Sequence record: OR578707.1
Length of the DNA stretch: 13,041 bases
DNA from: Microcoleus phage My-WqHQDG
Strand: one strand, 5' to 3'
In this document: in pieces, positions 1-8,152 of the stretch
How positions within the stretch are numbered: the stretch's first letter is position 1
Layout: every line of letters begins with the position of its first letter
The notes under the pieces: model-generated
Databases searched by the model: none
What the model saw: only the letters and a program-made list of their open reading frames with translations
Told to the model about the DNA's origin: nothing
Made by a program: the position numbers and the translations under genes

Positions 1-387
1 GATGGGGCCGGACTTGGTATCATCCAGGCAACCCTTAGGTAATACCTTATAGGGTTCTATTGGCTTATCCAATGGGCTGGTAGTCACTTCTAGGGTGAAC
101 ACCCTACCCCTAGTCATAGACACCTGTATGTGGCAAGGGGCGGCCTTATCTAACAGGTTACTATAGTCCTTTGGTGCATGCTGTGGGTGTAGATCACTAT
201 GACCTGAGTGCTTATCGCTCTTGGCTAGGTAATACCGCATAGTGTGTAGGTCTACTATGTACGGCATACCTTCATCTCTGCTAAGGGTGTAGTGCTCGGA
301 CACGCATTCATCTGAGGATGATCTGTATACGCATAGGGGCACACCATTTAGCAGTAACCCATACCCTTGTATGCTTATATCTGTCAT
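1..387 (-). CDS. Partial hypothetical protein (C-terminus beyond window edge), begins MTDISIQGYGLLLNGVPLCVYRSSSDE...
   Basis: Manual translation of the minus strand from the ATG at 387 stays open to the window edge. Its ATG overlaps the TGA of the upstream ORF (ATGA at 387-384). Confidence 0.7.
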   Translation of the reverse strand, partial: MTDISIQGYGLLLNGVPLCVYRSSSDECVSEHYTLSRDEGMPYIVDLHTMRYYLAKSDKHSGHSDLHPQHAPKDYSNLLDKAAPCHIQVSMTRGRVFTLEVTTSPLDKPIEPYKVLPKGCLDDTKSGPI

Positions 388-833
388 GTGTTCTCCTCCC
401 CTTCAAGGATACCCTTACTGACTTGTGCTGCCCTCTCTAAAGCATCAGTGACGTACTGTTCCACCTTCTCTAGGAAGTCATCTACAGACAAATCATCACC
501 CCTAGTAACACGGTGTATTAGATGTTCTAAGTGTTTGAGTATTAGTACAGTATCAATACCCATACCCTCATTGATAGGGGCCCGCCCCCCAGCATTATCT
601 AATATGGAGGCTAATGTGTGCCCTACGTTAGCGTACACTGCCTGCCTCTCCTTATACTGGTAGTCATATATCTCATCCCTCAGTGCCTGTATTCTACCCT
701 GCTGCTTCTCGACTAACTCCTCTAAGTCTAGGATGTGGTGATCTACCCTGTACAGGGCATTAATCAGTACACTACTCCCTAGTTCTATAGGGGTGTAGCG
801 TTGTGGCTCGCAATCGTTATCATTGTGTGACAT
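384..833 (-). CDS. Hypothetical phage protein with a probable short coiled-coil segment (149 aa)
   Basis: Open ORF on the dominant coding strand, overlapping the next ORF by ATGA. Contains a heptad-like 'HILDLEELVEKQQGRIQALRDEIYDYQYKE' stretch. Confidence 0.75.
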   Translation of the reverse strand: MSHNDNDCEPQRYTPIELGSSVLINALYRVDHHILDLEELVEKQQGRIQALRDEIYDYQYKERQAVYANVGHTLASILDNAGGRAPINEGMGIDTVLILKHLEHLIHRVTRGDDLSVDDFLEKVEQYVTDALERAAQVSKGILEGEENT

Positions 834-916
834 GGTTATACCAGTTAGACGTAGTCTGCGACATGCGTCAGCATTCGCTAGTTGTAATCACGTTCATATG
901 CCCCCAAAGAGGCCTC

Positions 917-1267
917 TCAGTACTCTATAAGATAGGTACCATTAAGGCCATACTCACGGGCACCACAGTCATCTAAGAATGCTAGTAGTAATGCCCATGT
1001 ATCTACGAACTCTTCATGTGTGCGGGAGGTTAGCCAGGCCCCGTACTGGGTATAGATGATACCCAGTAGGAGTACCTTACACTTGGCAGTAACAGCGTGC
1101 CTTTCTCGAGGACACCAGAATAACTCTAACCAGGTATACGATCGGCTGGTGGTATACAGACGTGGCCCTATAAGTATACTGGTTGGCTCATCCACCTCTA
1201 CTGCATACTTACCAGCTAAGTGGGGTGCCCAAGGGTAATGGTTTATTGCCTGGGGTATCCATAGCAA
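917..1267 (-). CDS. Hypothetical protein (116 aa)
   Basis: ORF on the dominant strand filling the gap between neighbours. No family recognised. Confidence 0.6.
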   Translation of the reverse strand: MLWIPQAINHYPWAPHLAGKYAVEVDEPTSILIGPRLYTTSRSYTWLELFWCPRERHAVTAKCKVLLLGIIYTQYGAWLTSRTHEEFVDTWALLLAFLDDCGAREYGLNGTYLIEY

Positions 1268-1349
1268 AGGGGCCGCCTCCTATGGGGTCATCTTCTGTAT
1301 GAGGTAGGGGTTCCAGGGAGGCGGCCCCTCAGAAGGGCGTGGTCTCTTC

Positions 1350-1595
1350 TTATGTTTCATAATGTACAATACGCATGTGATCCCAATCTACTACCGCTAC
1401 CCATACCCTTTGCTCATCATCATACTTAGTGGTAGCCTCAGCGATTAGATCTTCCTGGTACAACAGCAGAACCAGGCCATCTACTAGCTGTATACCCTGT
1501 TGGTTCAGGTCTTGTAGGGTACCTACACAGGTGAGGTACACCCTCCCTTGTTCATCTGCATTATTGAAGTCTACGGATACTCTTGGGGTTGTCAT
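1350..1595 (-). CDS. Hypothetical protein (81 aa)
   Basis: ORF on the dominant strand. MTTPRVSVDFNNADEQGRVYLTCVGTLQDL... has plausible protein composition. Confidence 0.6.
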   Translation of the reverse strand: MTTPRVSVDFNNADEQGRVYLTCVGTLQDLNQQGIQLVDGLVLLLYQEDLIAEATTKYDDEQRVWVAVVDWDHMRIVHYET

Positions 1596-1621
1596 TGTGT
1601 TATCCCCATGTTGGTTATTCC

Positions 1622-2425
1622 CTACAGATCTATTAGTAACCTATCCACTACATCACTAGCGGTATGGCCATCCCATGCTGGTGCCGCCTCTAACTCACTC
1701 ACAGTTAGTAGGCCCCATAACTCAATGGGCAAGTGATAACTGATCATGCCCCCCGGTAACTTGATGCCAGCAATGAAGTACTCATGTGGGGCACTCGAGC
1801 CCTCTGGGCGATCGTTATCGAACATAGTCCCATCCTCGTGTACCCGAGACTTCCATGCTGTAGTAGGGTTGATGTACTCAGGTCTGCGGGCACTACATAG
1901 ATGTACATGGCTTAATGCTATGAATAGCGCATGGCGCAGGTTGTACAACTCAGTGAATGTGCTATACCCATCCGATACCATACCGGTAGGGCAGGATAGC
2001 TCAATGATTCCATTGGGGGTAGTGATAGTGCCATTAGCACTACTACACGCTATGGTTGGCATTACCTTACCCAATAGGCGTGGGATATTAGTACTATCCT
2101 TAGTAGACCAGTACCATGGTACTGGGCGTACTTGTAGTAGATCCAGCCGTTCCCATAGTGGTAGTGGTAGGTAACGTGCTACCACACCATGAGGTGGTAA
2201 CTCAGTGCATACTAAGAACTTTGGAACTACATCATCTTCCTGTAGGCATTTCCATTCCATACTCTTACAGGATAGAGTCCGACCATTAACTATACATAAT
2301 CTAGCGAAGAGGGCGTCGATATGGTCATGTAACTCCCCGAAGGTGTGGTACCCATCTGATACCTGGGATAGGCTGCATGGTACTGTTAGTGGACCCTGGG
2401 GTGTGATTAGATCGTATGTATTCAT
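1622..2425 (-). CDS. Phage protein with two diverged copies of a 'VSDGY(H/S)TFxELY...F(I/L)...LPxGxxxYxLPxxLW' domain; second copy ends in WDGHTASDVVDRLL (267 aa)
   Basis: Internal similarity: VSDGYHTFGELHDHIDALFARLC / VSDGYSTFTELYNLRHALFIALS, and FLVCTELPPHGVVARYLPLPLWERL / FIAGIKLPGGMISYHLPIELWGLL. Confidence 0.85.
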   Translation of the reverse strand: MNTYDLITPQGPLTVPCSLSQVSDGYHTFGELHDHIDALFARLCIVNGRTLSCKSMEWKCLQEDDVVPKFLVCTELPPHGVVARYLPLPLWERLDLLQVRPVPWYWSTKDSTNIPRLLGKVMPTIACSSANGTITTPNGIIELSCPTGMVSDGYSTFTELYNLRHALFIALSHVHLCSARRPEYINPTTAWKSRVHEDGTMFDNDRPEGSSAPHEYFIAGIKLPGGMISYHLPIELWGLLTVSELEAAPAWDGHTASDVVDRLLIDL

Positions 2426-2431
2426 TATTGG

Positions 2432-2692
2432 TTATGGTACGTAACGTTCACGTCGGATGTATAGACCGAGTTGCGGGTACTTGTTGAGGTACGCCCAGGC
2501 ATCCTCATGATCACTGAAGCTCATGATAGGATTGGGTCGATTACCTAGGTCACCACATAAGTACTGATACCACGACCACCCAGCAGTATCCTTGTGGGAG
2601 TAGATGTTATAGCTGTACCCGTATAGACCTAGTGTCAATTTGATGCGGTACTGTGCCTCGTAAACGTATGGTAATCCGAGTAAGTGTTTCAT
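2432..2692 (-). CDS. Hypothetical protein; likely true start at internal Met (MKHLLGLPYVYEAQYRIKL...), track ORF extends to 2752
   Basis: The track start at 2752 would overlap the upstream gene (2706-3248) by 47 nt. The internal Met at 2692 removes the overlap. Confidence 0.6.
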   Translation of the reverse strand: MKHLLGLPYVYEAQYRIKLTLGLYGYSYNIYSHKDTAGWSWYQYLCGDLGNRPNPIMSFSDHEDAWAYLNKYPQLGLYIRRERYVP

Positions 2693-2705
2693 GTTAGTGT
2701 TATCC

Positions 2706-3248
2706 TCAATCACTACATATAAGGGCAGTGGACTCAATAGGTTGCATATCAACTTGTGACCTAGTACATGGCTCGAACATAGACCCTACCAGCCAAGGGA
2801 TGGTGTTCTCCATCACCTGCAGTAGTTGGGGGTCGATGTTGAACCTAGTACTACTGATCTCTAGTGACTTCCTAATGTCACCATTACTATGCCTCTTAGT
2901 CGCTGCATACCAATCGATGAGCATCTCCAGGATATCGAATAGGTTCATGCCACTGATGCCGTTAGGGTAGTGCTCAGGATGATGACGGCAGGCGCTGTAG
3001 TGGTGCTGTAATGCCGGCCCCATAGCCTGTAGGTTAGCCATATACTCAGGACTACCATAAGTACTACCCTTTAGCTTGGGACCATGCTCTGTGAATATCT
3101 CTACTTCTGGGGTACGTAGTTTAGATCGATCATGGCCGAACTGTCTACGCATTAGCTCCACCTGTGCATGCCCTAGTAAGCGCATGACCTGATCGATGTG
3201 CTCGTATGTGTCAGCATTGGTAGCCTTTTGTTCAGTGGTTAACGTCAT
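2706..3248 (-). CDS. DUF5662-like protein (180 aa)
   Basis: Characteristic pattern: HIDQVMRLLGHAQVELMRRQFGHDRSKLRTPEVEIFTEHGPKLKGSTYGSPEYMANLQAMGPALQHHYSACRHHPEHYPNGISGMNLFDILEMLIDWYAATKRHSNGDIRKSLEISSTRF. Confidence 0.8.
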   Translation of the reverse strand: MTLTTEQKATNADTYEHIDQVMRLLGHAQVELMRRQFGHDRSKLRTPEVEIFTEHGPKLKGSTYGSPEYMANLQAMGPALQHHYSACRHHPEHYPNGISGMNLFDILEMLIDWYAATKRHSNGDIRKSLEISSTRFNIDPQLLQVMENTIPWLVGSMFEPCTRSQVDMQPIESTALICSD

Positions 3249-3285
3249 CGTGTCTTCTTAGTAGTGAGTATGTGTATATATACCA

Positions 3286-3876
3286 CTATAACCTGCTGCA
3301 ATAGTGGGAGCATGTGCCTATAGGGGTTAGGCCTAGCCCGCAGTAAAGCTCATCCCGGGGTGCGTAGTGGCAGGTGAGACACTGCTGATACCCCTCCAAG
3401 ATACTTGTTATAGTAGCTAGACTATCGATTAGCTTCTGTACTGTGTATATGGGTACCCCGAGGTCAATACACGGGTGTGATGATAGTGGGTAGTCGTAGT
3501 AGAAACAGTCGATCTCTATCGGTATACCATACTGCGGGTTATCGAATGACCATACCTTGAAGGTAATATCACATATAGCCACATGTATCTGGGTATCAAT
3601 CATGTAGTAATCACTATATGAGTATGTGCTAGCGGCATAGCCTATACTTCTCAATGCTGCCAGCATCATATTAGTATAGGCGTAGACCTGGCTTCTTAGT
3701 ACCTCCATCACTCTGTAGTACTTATCCCTATCCCTGACCTTACCTGTTGATGGGTTACACTGGATAGCAATCTCTGCTATTCTCCTGTTACGCCTGATGG
3801 TACTGAACGCTATGTCTATCTTTCTAGCTATGAGGGGGTGTAGAGGAGCCGGCCCTTGATTATCTATTGCTGTCAT
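3286..3876 (-). CDS. Hypothetical protein with C-terminal Cys module CLTCHYAPRDELYCGLGLTPIGTCSHYC (196 aa)
   Basis: ORF on the dominant strand. The C-terminal C-x2-C-x9-CGxG-x6-CSxY is shared with the two upstream ORFs. Confidence 0.7.
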   Translation of the reverse strand: MTAIDNQGPAPLHPLIARKIDIAFSTIRRNRRIAEIAIQCNPSTGKVRDRDKYYRVMEVLRSQVYAYTNMMLAALRSIGYAASTYSYSDYYMIDTQIHVAICDITFKVWSFDNPQYGIPIEIDCFYYDYPLSSHPCIDLGVPIYTVQKLIDSLATITSILEGYQQCLTCHYAPRDELYCGLGLTPIGTCSHYCSRL

Positions 3877-3953
3877 ACTATGCGACCTCTTAGTACTCCC
3901 AATAGGTTTGGTACCCTTCTACAGGGCTACCTCTAAGGGCCGGCCCATTACTA

Positions 3954-4850
3954 TCACAATAGATTAGTTGAGAATACCCTTATCACTTCCAGCCAGTATC
4001 TGTAATACTCCTGTGCCACCTTAATGGGTAGCTTAGGGAAGTCTTTCGTACCCTTCATGTAGTCATCTACCAATCTCCTATGCGTGCTCTCATGGTAGGT
4101 ATAACCTGTGTTAGGAGGAGGTACTTGGGTATAGATACCGGTAGGGCTTAGCATTATTACCTGATTCATGTACACGGAGGGCTCTGCATGGCGGTCTGGT
4201 ACTGGGCCTGTCGATGGTAAAGGTTTATAGTATGCACCATGTTCTATGAAGTGGTAATGCAGGTTGTGCAATGCCATCAACCCCAGCAGGAATAGCTCTA
4301 CATAGCCTGGTGGTACGTCAGGATCTAGCCACCATACGTAGCTACCCAGGTCTACCTGCTCGTACCATGGGTGTTTATCCATGTGGTGGAAGCTCATACA
4401 GATTACTATGGGAGCATAACCATGGGTAGGGAGGTGTACTGTAGTGTACATAGTATCTATAGATAATCTACACGGGCCCCACTCCATCATATAGATGTGA
4501 TCCCTGATATGATGGGCCAGTATCTCATACCCTGTCTGCTCTGGTAGTAATAAGATGGTGTACTTACTCGGTCTGACCCATTTGTACCCATTGTACCCAT
4601 TAGGTCCACGAGGTGGTAGATCAATGGAATAATGGTTCTCCCAATGACCCTTCACGGGGAAGGACATATTATCTAGCAGTACCCTCTCACTATTCATGAT
4701 CAGTGATAACCAACCAGGTAATGCAGATGGTGCTTCTGCCTTCTCCCCATATTGATAGGTACTACATTCATCATAGTGTGTACCAGTTAGGGCCCGGCCC
4801 TGTCCACAGTAACCATCAGCGTCACTGTACTTACATGTGTCACATAGCAT
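3954..4850 (-). CDS. Hypothetical protein, paralogue of the upstream ORF; N-terminal Cys module MLCDTCKYSDADGYCGQGRAL (track ORF starts at 4898)
   Basis: The internal Met at 4850 gives an N-terminus that aligns with MLCNTCRFYSQDGYCGQGRAV of the neighbour. Also shares VWWLDPDVPPGYVELFLLGLMALH with LWWLDPDAPKYAVELYLSGLLELY. Confidence 0.75.
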   Translation of the reverse strand: MLCDTCKYSDADGYCGQGRALTGTHYDECSTYQYGEKAEAPSALPGWLSLIMNSERVLLDNMSFPVKGHWENHYSIDLPPRGPNGYNGYKWVRPSKYTILLLPEQTGYEILAHHIRDHIYMMEWGPCRLSIDTMYTTVHLPTHGYAPIVICMSFHHMDKHPWYEQVDLGSYVWWLDPDVPPGYVELFLLGLMALHNLHYHFIEHGAYYKPLPSTGPVPDRHAEPSVYMNQVIMLSPTGIYTQVPPPNTGYTYHESTHRRLVDDYMKGTKDFPKLPIKVAQEYYRYWLEVIRVFSTNLL

Positions 4851-4858
4851 ACTTATAC

Positions 4859-5713
4859 CTATAATTGATTGCAGTACCACTGCATTAGTTCTCTCCACCT
4901 CCTAGCCTCGTACTCCACCTTCCTCACTGGCCATGTAGGGTAATCCCTTGTATGCTTTACGTACTTCCCACACAGGTATTCATATACCTCCCTGAACCTA
5001 TAGGTGGTGGTGGTATAAGACATACGGGATGGTGGACGTGGGGGCCAAGTTATAGTAAAGTCTTGGGGTGGGTAGTCTGGTACCTGTATAACATCAGGTA
5101 AACTGGCATGGTATAACTCCAACAACCCTGATAGATACAGTTCCACAGCATACTTAGGTGCATCAGGGTCTAGCCACCATAGGTAAGGGCTGAGGTCTAT
5201 CCTATCATGCTGCCAAGTGCTGTAGGTTACCCCTACAACTATGGGCCCGCCCCTCTGTAGGGTATATGAACTATTGATGGATATAGTTAAGTCATCCCCC
5301 TCAATAAGGAACATTGTCTGCCCATTCAATAAATCCCTTAGTGGGCGGTACCCTACATCCCCCTCTAGTATGGCGACGGTTATGGTGTGGGTAAAAGGGT
5401 TACAACTACTACCATTACTATAATCAGTAATGTTTTGGGTAAAGCCCCTGACAGGGAAAGGTATACCTGTTATTATCCTTCTCCTTCCTCCATTCATTAC
5501 TAGCTCATTCAAGCGGGATGGTAATATGGGCATAGGTAAAGCACCTTCACCCTCTACATAACCACTACAGGAGAATGGTTCTTGCGGGTACTTAGGTACA
5601 GCATTCAGACCGGGCCGGGGATCCCAAAAGGGTGGTGGGTTGTGTTGTTCTACAGCCCGGCCCTGACCGCAGTACCCATCCTGGCTGTAGAATCTACATG
5701 TGTTGCATAACAT
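4859..5713 (-). CDS. Hypothetical protein, tandem paralogue of 3954-4850; N-terminal Cys module (284 aa)
   Basis: Shared N-terminal MLC(N/D)TC(R/K)(F/Y)...DGYCGQGRA, central WWLDPD...ELxLxGLxxLx, and C-terminal 'Y(V/M)KxT(R/K)D(Y/F)P' signatures. Confidence 0.75.
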   Translation of the reverse strand: MLCNTCRFYSQDGYCGQGRAVEQHNPPPFWDPRPGLNAVPKYPQEPFSCSGYVEGEGALPMPILPSRLNELVMNGGRRRIITGIPFPVRGFTQNITDYSNGSSCNPFTHTITVAILEGDVGYRPLRDLLNGQTMFLIEGDDLTISINSSYTLQRGGPIVVGVTYSTWQHDRIDLSPYLWWLDPDAPKYAVELYLSGLLELYHASLPDVIQVPDYPPQDFTITWPPRPPSRMSYTTTTYRFREVYEYLCGKYVKHTRDYPTWPVRKVEYEARRWRELMQWYCNQL

Positions 5714-5795
5714 AGTGTGTTAATGGTTATTGATTACTGGCACACCATTCGCTATTTGGGAACTACGAATAGTGTGCTGCTCATGGTCAGGTAGG

Positions 5796-6077
5796 TCACT
5801 CATCTAAGCTACCCTTCAGTAACTCTACCTCCTGTAGGAAATCAACCCTATCCCCCACCGTCATACTAGGGTAATCCTTAGCCATACGGAGGAATGCTCT
5901 GTGCTGTTTGATAGCCTTCTGTAGTCGTTGTCTGGGCTCTAACCATGTACTTACAGGTGTATCAGGCTTTATAACCGGCACAATGGGGAAGTCCGAGTAT
6001 GCCTTCAACATGGCGAGGAACTGGAGGTAATCATTTAGTGGTACACAGGTAGGGCCTAACCACCATAGGCAACCCAT
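5796..6077 (-). CDS. Hypothetical protein, possible truncated relative of the two downstream paralogues (93 aa)
   Basis: Contains WWLGPTCVPLNDYLQFLAMLKAY and FLRMAKDYPSMTV. These resemble WWLDPD...YVELFLLGLMALH and YMKGTKDFPKLPI of the paralogues. Confidence 0.6.
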   Translation of the reverse strand: MGCLWWLGPTCVPLNDYLQFLAMLKAYSDFPIVPVIKPDTPVSTWLEPRQRLQKAIKQHRAFLRMAKDYPSMTVGDRVDFLQEVELLKGSLDE

Positions 6078-6115
6078 CTCTATTGGTATACTGCTAGTAC
6101 AGTCAGTTGTTACTA

Positions 6116-6298
6116 TTACCCGGGGCTAGAGTTGTCCTTAGTATTGGGTAAAGTATAGGTTACTAATACTTTCTCCAAGCACACCGGGTATAGATGGAGC
6201 TGTTCTAGCAGCAGGATGTACCCAGTAGCACCTGTAGATACCTCAGGTCTTCTTGGCCTTGACAGGGTGTCTTGCATCCTTAGTGCCGCGTGTCTCAA
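6116..6298 (-). CDS. Possible small hypothetical protein (60 aa)
   Basis: ORF on the dominant strand filling an otherwise empty gap. A longer antisense ORF overlaps it, so the call is uncertain. Confidence 0.35.
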   Translation of the reverse strand: MRHAALRMQDTLSRPRRPEVSTGATGYILLLEQLHLYPVCLEKVLVTYTLPNTKDNSSPG

Positions 6299-6331
6299 CG
6301 ATCTCTGCGTGTACTGGGAACGGGATACTAT

Positions 6332-6751
6332 TCATAGTAGTGCTAGTTCTTCACTTATAGTGCTATCTACTAGCTCTACTAGCAGGGCATCACGATGGTC
6401 ATTCCACTCTACATCATACATCTCACACCATAGGCGGTACATATCTCCCACTAGTTCATGCTCAAGGGTAGTATCAGATAGTACCTCCTCAATGAACCCC
6501 TGCCCAGGATGTGAGGGCAGGGTCTTCAGTTCTTGAAGGAGTACATTCCGTATATAGCTAGGGTGCATCCCCTCGATAGCGACATACTGCTCTTTAGTCT
6601 GAGACCAGTGGAAGTTTGTATCCAGTGCGTACTTATCATTTACCATAGCCTCGTGCTTGTACAGGAACTGGAGGCATTCATCGGCGGTACCCACGAAGGA
6701 CCCCCCGGTAGTTAACTTCATTGCGATTAGCTTAGGTGTCATGGCTGTCAT
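6332..6751 (-). CDS. Hypothetical protein (139 aa)
   Basis: Dominant-strand ORF beginning MTAMTPKLIAMKLTTGGSFVGTADECLQFL... Confidence 0.7.
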   Translation of the reverse strand: MTAMTPKLIAMKLTTGGSFVGTADECLQFLYKHEAMVNDKYALDTNFHWSQTKEQYVAIEGMHPSYIRNVLLQELKTLPSHPGQGFIEEVLSDTTLEHELVGDMYRLWCEMYDVEWNDHRDALLVELVDSTISEELALL

Positions 6752-6842
6752 TCCTGTGATTATTGGTTTACATTATCTATGTTAACTGGAAGGGGCGGGG
6801 TTTAGGTGCGCCAGCATCAATATACACCTGAGATCTGCTGTG

Positions 6843-7169
6843 TTAATCTGCATTATTATGATCTTTGCATGGGGTGAACTGAGATTGGTACACCTCCTCC
6901 ATCATTCCAGTTAATAGGTTCTCTACCAGAGTAGGCCCGATAACAGTAACAGCATTAGGCCCCCAACGAGATCTATCAGTATAATGGATAGAGATGTACT
7001 CGCCATCTCCCGGTGCCCCTTCCCATGACATTATCTTGGTAGTGTCCTGGTGCATCGAAGATGCTTGGTGGTATACATAGGTTGTACCCATAGTTAAGGG
7101 GTTGCCTGCTGTATCTACTACTGGACAGGTTTGCTTGGGGTCTGCACTTGTTACGTGGTTTGTCTTCAT
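6843..7169 (-). CDS. Hypothetical protein (108 aa)
   Basis: Dominant-strand ORF, divergent from the plus-strand gene starting at 7217/7253. Confidence 0.6.
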   Translation of the reverse strand: MKTNHVTSADPKQTCPVVDTAGNPLTMGTTYVYHQASSMHQDTTKIMSWEGAPGDGEYISIHYTDRSRWGPNAVTVIGPTLVENLLTGMMEEVYQSQFTPCKDHNNAD

Positions 7170-7252
7170 ATGTAATGTTTATAGTACATGATTGACTATC
7201 CAGTACGTATACATTAATGGTACACGTAGTAATAAGTAATGGGGATACCTGT

Positions 7253-7843
7253 ATGTTCGATAAGATGAGGTCTGGTGACCTAGTAGTATTCAGTGGTGTA
7301 GATACCATAGGGGACCTAATCACTGCCGCTACCGATAGCATATACACCCACGTGGGGGTAGTTCTAGTAGTTAATGGGAGGGCCTGCATCCTGGAGAGCA
7401 TCATGCGTAATGACACCAGCGATGTACTATCAATGCAGTCACAGGGTGGGGTGGTAGTGCGTGACCTGGAGACTATCGTTCAGAAGGCACGAGTAGATGA
7501 TGCAGGTATGATATGGTGGGCTGCCCGCACCACCCCCCTTACTGAGGAGCAGGTAGGTAAGCTCACCCTTCTCGCACTAGACATACAGGGTACAGAGTAT
7601 GATTACATCCAAGCCCTATCATCCCCCTTAGATGGCCTGGATGATGTGTTAAGTAGGGGTATAGACCCCAAGGAGAAGCTGTTCTGCTCTGAGCTAGTAG
7701 TAGTATGTGAGCTGGCCGTGACGGGCATGGTATACCACCATAACCATAAGGTACCAATCAATGCATCCACTGTAGTCCCTAAGGAGGTAGTGGAGCTGCA
7801 TGTAGCAGGGGTACCCATCTGGGGTGAACTGGTGGCGTTATAA
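7253..7843 (+). CDS. Permuted NlpC/P60 (YiiX-like, permuted papain-fold) family protein; track ORF begins at 7217
   Basis: MRSGDLVVFSG...YTHVGVVL (His motif) followed by a late LFCSELVV (Cys motif) is the order seen in permuted NlpC/P60-like peptidases. A GGGG purine stretch lies upstream of the ATG at 7253, with no obvious SD before 7217. Confidence 0.75.
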   Translation: MFDKMRSGDLVVFSGVDTIGDLITAATDSIYTHVGVVLVVNGRACILESIMRNDTSDVLSMQSQGGVVVRDLETIVQKARVDDAGMIWWAARTTPLTEEQVGKLTLLALDIQGTEYDYIQALSSPLDGLDDVLSRGIDPKEKLFCSELVVVCELAVTGMVYHHNHKVPINASTVVPKEVVELHVAGVPIWGELVAL

Positions 7844-7881
7844 GGAGTGATTTGATTAGTAATCCCTATGGATATAAAGGT

Positions 7882-7911
7882 GCCACCTAGAGATACCCTT
7901 CCCTAGGTGGC
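7882..7911. terminator. Strong hairpin between convergent units; candidate (bidirectional) terminator
   Basis: GCCACCTAG (7882-7890) / 12 nt loop / CTAGGTGGC (7903-7911) is a perfect 9-bp inverted repeat. It is followed on + by the T-rich TGTATTTGTT and lies 39 nt after the plus-strand CDS stop. Confidence 0.6.
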
Positions 7912-7970
7912 TGTATTTGTTACCAGTGATCTAACACACAGTTACCATGTCATTAATCTAATGCCAACTC

Positions 7971-8120
7971 GTCCTACCATTAGACGACCAGCGCGAGGAG
8001 CGGCTAGCAGGAGTTGAACCTACCTCTTACCACAAGTGACAGCATAGAGCTGCCAGTAGGAGTCGAACCTACACTCTACCAAAGTAGCCGCTTGGAGCGC
8101 TAGGTGGGGGTTGAACCCAC
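7971..8120 (-). ncRNA. Array of tRNA-like modules: three T-arm-like hairpins (8104-8120, 8056-8072, 8007-8023) interleaved with acceptor-like 7-mers and D-loop-like segments
   Basis: Minus strand reads GTGGG-TTCAACC-CCCAC, GTAGG-TTCGACT-CCTAC and GTAGG-TTCAACT-CCTGC, all matching the TTCRANY T-loop consensus. The linkers carry TTTGGTAGAG, TGTGGTAAGAG and GTCTAATGGTAGGAC D-arm-like sequence. Confidence 0.55.
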
Positions 8121-8152
8121 ATGAGTCGGAAGTTTGTACATGGAGATCGATT

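Noticed and set aside
1746-2174. Plus-strand ORF of 142 aa
   Set aside because: It lies wholly antisense to the well-supported duplicated-domain gene (1622-2425) and shows no recognisable motifs, so it is a shadow ORF.
6976-7416. Minus-strand ORF of 146 aa crossing into the plus-strand papain-like gene
   Set aside because: It overlaps both the 6843-7169 ORF and the convincing 7253-7843 gene. Composition looks random.
7971-8120. Calling standard tRNA genes here
   Set aside because: The T-arms and acceptor halves are real matches, but spacing leaves no anticodon arm, so no isotype can be assigned.
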